Assembly (NCBI GenBank): GCA_030527285.1
Contig: JAUNBC010000001.1
Location: forward strand, 4,445 to 68,444
From: Bacillota bacterium
GTDB taxonomy: Bacteria; Bacillota; Dehalobacteriia; UBA4068
Direction of reading: 5' to 3'
Length of the DNA: 64,000 bases
Made by a program: the position numbers and the translations under genes. The stretch's first letter is position 1. Every line of letters starts with the position of its first letter. A model generated the notes under the pieces. It ran no database searches. It saw only the letters and a program-made list of their open reading frames with translations, and had not been told where the DNA came from. Positions 57,509 through 64,000 of this stretch are shown piece by piece.

Positions 57509-58131
57509 AAGGCCTGCTGCTCAAGGATTTTTACAACCTGCAAAAATACTGCAAGACTATCGCGTTGATCTTCGTCGTGTGGTGCGTGATCTTCCTCCCC
57601 GACGGCTCCGTCGATTTTCTCACCGGGCTGATCAGCGTGCTGTGCGTGATGATGACGGTCAGCAGCTTCTCCTATGACGAGGCGGCCAAATGGGAGCGCT
57701 ACGCGCTGACGATGCCGCTTGGCCGCAGTCAGCTGGTGCGGTCCAAGTATGTGCTGGGGCTGATATTGGCGCTGCTGGGCGTGGCGCTGTCGGCGCTGAT
57801 CGGCGTTATCGGCCGGCTGCTGATAAGCGATTTTTCCGGCGATATATTGCCGTCCTTGGCGGTCAACTTAGGCGTGGGGCTGTTCTATGCGGCGGCGGTG
57901 CTGCCCTTTATCTTCAAATTCGGCGCGGAGCGGGCGCGCTTGGTGATGATACTGGTATTTCTTATTCCCTTTGCGCTGCTGATGGCGCTGCAATACAGCG
58001 GCTTTGAACCGGCGATATCGCCGACGCTGTCGCCGGCGGTCATCGCCATCGCGGCGCTGCTGCTGATCGCGGCTTTGTACGTCATATCGTATATGTTATC
58101 CTGCCGTATCTTTGCCAAACGCGAGTTCTAA
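57505..58131 (+). CDS. ABC-2 family transporter permease
   Basis: Six predicted TM helices. Translationally coupled to the ATPase (ATGA overlap). YtrA-type operon organisation. Confidence 0.7.
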   Translation: MKGLLLKDFYNLQKYCKTIALIFVVWCVIFLPDGSVDFLTGLISVLCVMMTVSSFSYDEAAKWERYALTMPLGRSQLVRSKYVLGLILALLGVALSALIGVIGRLLISDFSGDILPSLAVNLGVGLFYAAAVLPFIFKFGAERARLVMILVFLIPFALLMALQYSGFEPAISPTLSPAVIAIAALLLIAALYVISYMLSCRIFAKREF

Positions 58132-58161
58132 GACCGCTCAGGAATACGGTTTATAAAGCAA

Positions 58162-58200
58162 AAAGCGGTTTGACGCAATTGTCAAAGCGCTTTTTTTATT
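58162..58200. terminator. bidirectional intrinsic terminator
   Basis: aagcggtttgac / gtcaaagcgctt stem (one mismatch) with a 6-nt loop, followed by 7 T and preceded by an A-run. Confidence 0.7.
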
Positions 58201-58220
58201 ACCATGTGTGAATTGCTTTA

Positions 58221-58361
58221 GAGCAGGCTCACGCGGCCGCTGGTGATATCGTACATCGCCGCCGTCAATTTGAGCTCTCCGCGCTGTTCTAATTCGCTCA
58301 ATATGCGGCTGCCGCGAATGCGCTCGATACTGTGCAGCGCGTTCAGCCGCTCGGGCAGCGA
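58221..58361 (-). pseudogene. 3'-terminal remnant of a beta-class carbonic anhydrase gene
   Basis: Minus-strand frame reads SLPERLNALHSIERIRGSRILSELEQRGELKLTAAMYDITSGRVSLL-stop. This matches the conserved C-terminus of beta-carbonic anhydrases (V..Q..NL...P.V......G.L.LHG/A..YDI.TGEV). It is cut off upstream by a stop and an AT-rich junction, with about 150 residues missing. Confidence 0.4.
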
Positions 58362-58431
58362 TTAATTTTATCATAATAAATGAGGTTTGCGCAATACCTC
58401 AGCGTCGGCTCTGCGCTTGAGCAGGCGCGCT

Positions 58432-59700
58432 TTACTCCCGCGACAAAAGGCATACCGTCTCCATATGCGCCGTTTGCGGGAACATATCCAGCGGCTGCAC
58501 CGCCTGCGGCTGATAGCCCAGCGCAGCGAGCAGGCGCAGATCGCGCGCCAGCGTCGCCGCATCGCAAGAGGCGTAGACGATAGCGCGCGCCCCTGACGCG
58601 GCCGCCGCCCGCAGCAATTCCGGCGCACAGCCGGCACGCGGCGGGTCGAGTATCAGCACGTCCGCCGCCCCGCCCTGTTGCACATAGCGCGGCAAAAAGC
58701 GTTCCGCCGCCTCGGCGATGAATTCGGCGTTGCCGATAGCATTGAGCCTGGCGTTTTCCGCCGCGTCCGTTGCCGCCGGCGCATAGCTCTCCACGCCGAT
58801 CAGCCTGCTTACCCGCCGCGCCAGATACAGGCCGATGCTGCCGGCTCCGGCATACAGGTCGAGCAGCGTATCGCCGCTGTCAAGCGCGGCCAGCTCGGCG
58901 ATCTGCCGGTACATGACCAGCATTTGCTGATAATTGACCTGCAAAAATGCCGCCGGCGACAGCTTCAGCCGCAGGCCTGACACATCTTCGATGATCGGCG
59001 TAGCGCCGCCGCCGTCCCGCCAATGACGCTTATACAGGCCGTAGGAGTCCGCGCCGTAATTGTTCCACACGCTGACCCCGTTCAGACACGGCAAGCGCTC
59101 CGGCTGCTCGCTTATCAGCACCGCCTGCATTTGCCCGCCCTGATGATCGCAGCGTAATTGCAGATGCCGCAGCGTCTTCATCCCCGCGCATAGCGGCGTT
59201 AGCTCGGCCAGCATTTCATTCAGGCTTGGCAGCAGCAGCGGACAACTGTCAATGACACAAATGTCATGGCTGCCCTTGGCATAGAAGCCGAGCCGTCCGT
59301 CCGTGCCGCGATGCAGCATCACGCGGTTGCGATAGCGCCACGGCTGCTCCATGCCGAGCAGCGGACGCGGCGCCAGCTCCAGCCCACCGATACGCTGCAA
59401 AGTCTGCGCCAGCACCTGCCGCTTATATTCTAACTGCGCCGCATAAGCCGCATGCTGTATAGCGCAGCCGCCGCATTGCTCATAATAGGGACAAGGCGGC
59501 GCGCTGCGCTGCGGCGCGGGATGCACTATGCGTTCCAGGCGCGCTATGGCATAGCGCTTCTTACGCGCGATCAGCCGCGCTTCGACGTCCTCGCCCGGCA
59601 AAGCGCCGCTGACGAACAGCGCTTGAGAATGCAAATGCGCCACGCCCTGTAATTCGCTGGTCAAGCCGTCGATATGCAGTTGTAATACCGTTTGCTCCAT
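58432..59700 (-). CDS. 23S rRNA (uracil-C5)-methyltransferase, RlmD/RumA family
   Basis: N-terminal TRAM domain, a Cys cluster (CPYYEQCGGC) and a C-terminal SAM-MTase with the catalytic Cys region (DPPRAGC). Confidence 0.85.
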   Translation of the reverse strand: MEQTVLQLHIDGLTSELQGVAHLHSQALFVSGALPGEDVEARLIARKKRYAIARLERIVHPAPQRSAPPCPYYEQCGGCAIQHAAYAAQLEYKRQVLAQTLQRIGGLELAPRPLLGMEQPWRYRNRVMLHRGTDGRLGFYAKGSHDICVIDSCPLLLPSLNEMLAELTPLCAGMKTLRHLQLRCDHQGGQMQAVLISEQPERLPCLNGVSVWNNYGADSYGLYKRHWRDGGGATPIIEDVSGLRLKLSPAAFLQVNYQQMLVMYRQIAELAALDSGDTLLDLYAGAGSIGLYLARRVSRLIGVESYAPAATDAAENARLNAIGNAEFIAEAAERFLPRYVQQGGAADVLILDPPRAGCAPELLRAAAASGARAIVYASCDAATLARDLRLLAALGYQPQAVQPLDMFPQTAHMETVCLLSRE

Positions 59701-59728
59701 TCACACATTATAGCAGTAATACGCGCTA

Positions 59729-59757
59729 TTTACAATAATCGGGCTTTGTGGTATGAT
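59729..59757 (+). promoter_or_regulatory. promoter candidate for wecC (TTTACA, 17 bp spacer, TATGAT)
   Basis: TTTACA at 59729-59734 and TATGAT at 59752-59757. Followed by an 8-bp GC hairpin (GGCGGCC-TAA-GGCCGCC, 59771-59789) in the 5' UTR. Confidence 0.45.
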
Positions 59758-59806
59758 AAATGGCGAAAATCGGCGGCCTAAGGCCGCCGCTGCTATGGAG
59801 GATAAG

Positions 59807-61057
59807 ATGAAGATCTGCGTTATCGGCCTCGGCTATATCGGTCTGCCGACCGCCGCCATGTTTGCAAAAAGCGGGCATCAGGTAGTGGGCGTGGACAAGA
59901 ACGCAACCATAGTCGAGGCGCTGAATAAAGGGCATATCGTCATTCATGAACAGCATTTGGATCAGCTGGTCAAGGAGGCGGTGGCCGCCGGCCGTCTGCG
60001 CGGCGTGTCCTGTCCGGAGTTGGCGGACGTGTTCATCATCGCCGTACCCACGCCGCTCACCGAGGATAAACGCGCCGATATGCGCTACGTCAAAGCGGCG
60101 GCTGAGGAAATTACTCCGTATTTGAAGCGCGGCAATACCGTGATACTCGAATCGACCTCGCCGCTCGGTACGGTGGACGAGCTGCTGCGGCCGATCTTAG
60201 AGCAAAGCGGCCTCACAGCCGGCGGAGACTTCTATCTCGGTCATTCGCCGGAGCGCGTCATTCCCGGGCAAATACTCTATGAGCTGGTGCATAACAGCCG
60301 CATCGCCGGCGGTATCGACCAGACCTCGGCGGAGAAGATCGCTTCGATCTATCGCAGCTTTGTCGAGGGCGATATCTATCTTTGCGACGCTAAGACCGCC
60401 GAGCTGGCCAAGCTGACCGAGAACACCTTCCGCGATATCAATATCGCTTTTGCCAATGAGCTGGCGCAGATCTGCGAGAGCTGCGGCGTCAACGTCTGGC
60501 GGCTGATCGAGCTGACCAATAAGCATCCGCGCGTCAATATCCATCAGCCCGGACCCGGCGTGGGCGGGCATTGCATCGCCGTCGATCCGTGGTTCATCGT
60601 CGAAACGCAGCCTGAGATAGCGCGCCTGATCGCTCAAGCGCGGCGCATCAATGATGCGATGCCTGAATTCGTGGCCGGGCGCATCAGCTCCATACTCAGC
60701 GGCGTGGACGAGCCGCGCGTCGCCGTGCTCGGCGTGACCTATAAACCCGATGTGGACGATGTGCGCGAAAGCCCGATACTGCATTTGCTGCCGCTGCTGC
60801 GGCAGCGCGGGTTCAGCGTCAGCGCGCACGATCCTTATGCCGGGGGCGCGGACTATGCCGCTGATGCGCTAAGCGCCGCGCAGGATTGCGATCTGCTGCT
60901 GCTGGGCGTGCATCACAGCGATTACCGGCAGCTTGATCTGCGCGCCATTGCCGGGCAGATGCGGCGGCCAAATTTGCTCGATACGCGCAACTTTTTCGGC
61001 CGCGAGGCCGCCGAGGCCGCCGGCTTCAACTATTATCTGCTCGGCGAACGCCGGTAG
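59807..61057 (+). CDS. wecC: UDP-N-acetyl-D-mannosamine dehydrogenase (nucleotide-sugar dehydrogenase, WecC/Cap5O type)
   Basis: N-terminal Rossmann (KICVIGLGYIGLP), catalytic Cys region (GPGVGGHCI) and a UDPG_MGDP_dh C-terminal domain. The probable start is the ATG at 59807 (TGGAGGA RBS). Confidence 0.85.
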   Translation: MKICVIGLGYIGLPTAAMFAKSGHQVVGVDKNATIVEALNKGHIVIHEQHLDQLVKEAVAAGRLRGVSCPELADVFIIAVPTPLTEDKRADMRYVKAAAEEITPYLKRGNTVILESTSPLGTVDELLRPILEQSGLTAGGDFYLGHSPERVIPGQILYELVHNSRIAGGIDQTSAEKIASIYRSFVEGDIYLCDAKTAELAKLTENTFRDINIAFANELAQICESCGVNVWRLIELTNKHPRVNIHQPGPGVGGHCIAVDPWFIVETQPEIARLIAQARRINDAMPEFVAGRISSILSGVDEPRVAVLGVTYKPDVDDVRESPILHLLPLLRQRGFSVSAHDPYAGGADYAADALSAAQDCDLLLLGVHHSDYRQLDLRAIAGQMRRPNLLDTRNFFGREAAEAAGFNYYLLGERR

Positions 61058-61070
61058 TATATCGCGCATG

Positions 61071-61117
61071 AAAAAACCGTATCTCCTTAGGCAGCGCGCC
61101 TTTGGGATACGGTTTTT
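61071..61117. terminator. bidirectional intrinsic terminator between convergent wecC and cotH-like genes
   Basis: aaaaaaccgtatc ... gatacggtttttt outer 13-bp stem enclosing an inner GC-rich segment, with A/T runs on both sides. Confidence 0.7.
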
Positions 61118-61141
61118 TCATCTTACAGGGGGATGTATCGG

Positions 61142-63016
61142 TTATGAACGCCGGCGTTTGAAAGCTGATGCTATCACTATGCCGACGATAACCGCCAAGC
61201 AAGATGCGCCGATCAGCAGCAGGCTGCTGCGGTCGAGGGCGCTTGCCGTCTGATTTGGCGCGGATGCGCCGTTCGCGGCGGCAATGTTTTCCGCGTCCGT
61301 CGAGGGAAGCATCTCGGTAAAATCCTCGGGCATATTTCCGTCGAAGTTCTGCGTCATCATCTCGGTGTAATCCTCGTTCATTTCTCCGCTACCGCCGCCC
61401 TTGCCGCCCAGGCCGCCCACGTTCATGCTGCCCATCGTGGAGAGTTCTATTTCCGAAGCGTCCACAGCCGCTTCTTCGCCCGCCAACTGCAGCGTTACGC
61501 TTTGCTCGCGCAGCAGGCAGAATTGCCGCAGCGTCGCCACGCCGGCCGTGAATTCCTCATAACTGTAAAACTTGCTTGGATCCTGCTGCACATAGGGGTC
61601 GATCAGCGCGGCGGTATCGTCGATCAGCGCCGCGAAATCGACGGCGGCGAGAAAGTCGCTGAAATACTGATGGTATTGCGCCAGATATTCGTCATTGTTA
61701 ATGATCCATTCGAACATCGGCCTGTCGCCGTCGCCGCTCACGGACAGCGGCATGTCGATATCGTCGTTGACCGCCGCGTCCGCGTCCTGTCCCTGAAAGC
61801 CGCCGAAAGCCAAATTGTAATCCCACGGTATCATCGACAAACGCCCGTCCTGCTCATAGAGATAGTAATTATGCACCATCGAGCCGGTATAACTGTCGCC
61901 GTTGACCACAAAGTTATGCACCACGAAGTAACGCAGCAGCGCTTCGGTATCCAGCACCTCCTCGAGGTTTTCGCCGGCGCTCAGGGCTTGCAGGGAAGCG
62001 ATCAGCCGCGCTTGATCCGCCTCGCTGACGGCGGTCTTGGCGTTGTCAAAGATCGCGCTGTAGCTGGCTGCGTCGTCGTCGATATATTGCAGCTTGGTCT
62101 CGGCGGAGCCCATGCTCATGCCGCCGCCCCCGCCGCCGTTATCCGGACGCTCGAACATATCCTCCATCGCCGACGGGTCGAAGCCCGCGCCGTCACCTTG
62201 CATCATCGCGTCTATCGCCGATGGGTCGAAGCCTTGCGCCCTGCCGCCGCCGTCAGCCGTGCCGCTGGCGGCCGTATCGTCGGAGATTGCCGTCGCTGCG
62301 TCGCTGGCGGCCGTATCGTCGGAGGTTGCCGTCGCTGCGTCGCTTTCCGTGTTGCCGTCAAAAACGAAGTCCCGTCCATTGCCGCGCCCGCCGCCCATGC
62401 TTACGCTGTCCGGTTTATACAGATCGCCGGCTTCAACGCCGTAATTGCGCTGGAGAAAGGCATCCTCCACGCCCTCCACGGCCAGATACAGACCCCAATC
62501 CTCGCCATTGACGGTGATATATACGTAGCTGGCCAGCGGCGCGGCCACGCCGAATTCATTCATCAGTTTATAGGTCAGATAGTCCTTCATATAGGTGGTA
62601 TCCTGAATGACATTGTTCAGGCTGAGCTTATCCAGCTGATAATAGCTTTTGGAGCTGTCGTATTGGTCGAATTCGACCTTGAAGCTGTAACGGTCGGACT
62701 CCATAGACGACACCATGCTCAGCGAGGTATTGCCCTTACCGCGGATGCCGACGTTGCTGAAGGTCTCGCCGTCGATGATAAGCGTGCATACTGCGTATTC
62801 TTCGCTCTCGCAATTGGCGATGAAGCTGTCCCAATCGTCCATCACGATGTCGATGGTATGCACCCTGGAGTCGTCAAACAGCCGGCTCTCATAGCCCATT
62901 TCACTCTCGGCGATCTCGATATTTAACCGCTCGCCGTTGATGAACGCCAGCGTCAGCAGCAGCGCCAGCACGACGACGGCGATACAGATGCGGTCGATAT
63001 GCTTATGGCTGGACAT
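61142..63016 (-). CDS. cotH: CotH family atypical protein kinase, membrane-anchored, with acidic tandem-repeat insert
   Basis: CotH domain blocks (TYMKDYLTYKLMNEFGVAAPLASYVYITVNGEDWGLYLAVEGVEDAFLQRN...). N-terminal signal-anchor and C-terminal TM segments. Internal repeats DAATATSDDTAAS x2 and GFDPSA(I/M)D x2. Confidence 0.85.
   Translation of the reverse strand: MSSHKHIDRICIAVVVLALLLTLAFINGERLNIEIAESEMGYESRLFDDSRVHTIDIVMDDWDSFIANCESEEYAVCTLIIDGETFSNVGIRGKGNTSLSMVSSMESDRYSFKVEFDQYDSSKSYYQLDKLSLNNVIQDTTYMKDYLTYKLMNEFGVAAPLASYVYITVNGEDWGLYLAVEGVEDAFLQRNYGVEAGDLYKPDSVSMGGGRGNGRDFVFDGNTESDAATATSDDTAASDAATAISDDTAASGTADGGGRAQGFDPSAIDAMMQGDGAGFDPSAMEDMFERPDNGGGGGGMSMGSAETKLQYIDDDAASYSAIFDNAKTAVSEADQARLIASLQALSAGENLEEVLDTEALLRYFVVHNFVVNGDSYTGSMVHNYYLYEQDGRLSMIPWDYNLAFGGFQGQDADAAVNDDIDMPLSVSGDGDRPMFEWIINNDEYLAQYHQYFSDFLAAVDFAALIDDTAALIDPYVQQDPSKFYSYEEFTAGVATLRQFCLLREQSVTLQLAGEEAAVDASEIELSTMGSMNVGGLGGKGGGSGEMNEDYTEMMTQNFDGNMPEDFTEMLPSTDAENIAAANGASAPNQTASALDRSSLLLIGASCLAVIVGIVIASAFKRRRS
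62264..62345. repeat. 39-bp tandem direct repeat (about 2.1 copies, 1 mismatch) inside the cotH coding sequence
   Basis: gctggcggccgtatcgtcggagattgccgtcgctgcgtc at 62264-62302 repeated at 62303-62341 (a to g at one position), then a partial third copy. Encodes a 13-aa acidic repeat on the minus strand. Confidence 0.8.
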
Positions 63017-63025
63017 ATTATCACC

Positions 63026-63700
63026 TTATCCCATATAGTCGCCGTTGTAGCTGACCAGTACGGCGCTGTGCACGCCGGGGATGGCGGACAGGAGGTTGAT
63101 GAAATCGGTGTTTTCATCCTTGAGCCGTATCTCCATATTCAGCTCGACGCCATTCGCGCGCGCGCTTTTGCTCTTAACGATGCAGCGCTGCGTTTTCTCT
63201 TTCAACTGCTGCACCGCCTGCTGCTCGGCATTATGATCGACGCATTGCAGCACCACGATATAGGGATTGCTATGCGATTTGCGGTTGACGAATACCAGCA
63301 GCATCACGCCGATCACCACCGAGCCGATCATTGCCAGCGGTATCATGCCTGCCGCCAGTACGATACCCACGCCGATCGACCAAAAGAGAAAGGCGATATC
63401 CAGCGGCTCCTTGATCGCGGTGCGGAAACGGACTATCGACAACGCGCCGACCATGCCCAGCGACAGCACGACATTGCTGGTCACGGCCATTATCACAACG
63501 GTGGTGATCATGCTCAGCGCCACCAGCGTCACGCCAAAGCTTGACGAATACATTACGCCGCTGTAAGTCTTTTTGTAGATGAGGAAGATAAATAATCCGA
63601 GACCAAAGGCCAGCACCAGCGCCAGCGCCATGTCGAGAAACGATATCGCGCTGACGTTTTCGAGGAAGCTTGATTGGAAGATGTCGTTGAAGGTCGTCAT
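63026..63700 (-). CDS. DUF4956 domain-containing membrane protein
   Basis: Four-TM N-terminal half plus a soluble C-terminal half matching DUF4956, which is typically encoded beside VTC-domain and CotH genes. Confidence 0.8.
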   Translation of the reverse strand: MTTFNDIFQSSFLENVSAISFLDMALALVLAFGLGLFIFLIYKKTYSGVMYSSSFGVTLVALSMITTVVIMAVTSNVVLSLGMVGALSIVRFRTAIKEPLDIAFLFWSIGVGIVLAAGMIPLAMIGSVVIGVMLLVFVNRKSHSNPYIVVLQCVDHNAEQQAVQQLKEKTQRCIVKSKSARANGVELNMEIRLKDENTDFINLLSAIPGVHSAVLVSYNGDYMG

Positions 63701-63734
63701 GTTCAGAGTTCTCCTTTATTAATAGGTGTATAGA

Positions 63735-64000
63735 TTATCCGTAGATACGGCAAGCCGCGTATTTGGAAAAAGCTCCGACGCGGCGGCTGTCCAGCTGTAC
63801 TGCGTCGCGAATGATATCCGGCAGGTATTCATCCCATTTGACCTCTAACAGGATCGGCGCTTGCGCCGCCGGTATGGTCAGGCAATGCGGGTCGAGAAAG
63901 TCGATGCAGTTTAGGCCGGTGCGCAAATGATGATCGAGGGTGACGCGCACATTGCCCGGCGCATAGACGAACGGCTCGCGAATATAGTCGACGATGGTGC
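63735..64000 (-). CDS. VTC-domain (polyphosphate polymerase-like) protein, C-terminal part only (gene runs off the window edge)
   Basis: The frame is open to the window edge. The translated tail ...IVDYIREPFVYAPGNVRVTLDHHLRTG...APILLEVKWDEYLPDIIRDAV...SKYAACRIYG matches the VTC-domain C-terminus (R.T.D..L...........E.KYD..LP..I......L...SKY). Confidence 0.75.
   Translation of the reverse strand, partial: TIVDYIREPFVYAPGNVRVTLDHHLRTGLNCIDFLDPHCLTIPAAQAPILLEVKWDEYLPDIIRDAVQLDSRRVGAFSKYAACRIYG

Noticed and set aside
58138-58374. Listed 78-aa minus-strand ORF (MIKLIAARAAERAAQYRAH...) as a real gene
   Set aside because: Its translation is low-complexity and the +1 frame of the same DNA gives a clean beta-carbonic-anhydrase C-terminus. 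I interpret it as the wrong frame over a gene remnant.
59771-59789. GGCGGCC-TAA-GGCCGCC hairpin in the wecC 5' UTR as a terminator or attenuator
   Set aside because: There is no following U-tract, and the wecC RBS starts 8 nt later. It may stabilise the mRNA 5' end, but evidence for a regulatory role is insufficient.
62160-62345. Tandem repeats as a possible CRISPR array or mobile-element terminal repeats
   Set aside because: Only about 2 copies are directly adjacent, with no spacers. They are in-frame inside the cotH coding sequence and encode a peptide repeat.

Overview
The window is GC-rich with AT-rich intergenic regions and looks like a chromosomal segment from a high-GC, endospore-forming Firmicute (Clostridia-like). 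Evidence for this: CodY, pro-sigma-K, RemA, RqcH, a CotH kinase and SLH-domain proteins are all present. Almost all of it is conserved core genome. Gene content in order: (1) a division/cell-wall (dcw) cluster mraZ-rsmH-ftsL-pbp-murE-mraY-murD-ftsW-murG-murC-murB (no murF). (2) a 7.3 kb opposite-strand block holding the fumarate hydratase class I alpha/beta subunits, malic enzyme, pyrF, a roughly 250 nt GC-rich non-coding candidate RNA, aspS and hisS. (3) ftsQ-ftsZ with no ftsA, followed by codY, rel, dtd and an MBL hydrolase. (4) alsT and rqcH on the minus strand, then yicC, an actinobacterial-type IHF-like gene, remA, gmk, rpoZ, coaBC and metK. (5) a second class B PBP, pro-sigK, an asparaginase-II-family gene and yqeG. 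(6) on the minus strand dxs-tlyA, rbgA-rnhB-yraN and aroK. (7) nadK-argR-recN. (8) an accessory cell-surface cluster: a 990 aa phosphodiester-glycosidase/Ig-like/3xSLH protein, a GT4::CsaB pyruvyltransferase fusion, a second GT4, DUF4330 and an O-antigen-ligase-like membrane protein. (9) a GntR plus ABC-2 operon, a beta-carbonic-anhydrase 3' remnant, rlmD-like and wecC. (10) a CotH kinase, DUF4956 and VTC cassette that runs off the window edge. I found no CRISPR array, tRNA or rRNA genes, or mobile elements. The most unusual items are the unclassified structured RNA between aspS and pyrF, the GT4::CsaB fusion within an S-layer/SCWP locus, the CotH-DUF4956-VTC cassette, an mIHF-like gene in a Firmicute locus, and the dcw cluster being split with ftsA missing next to ftsZ.
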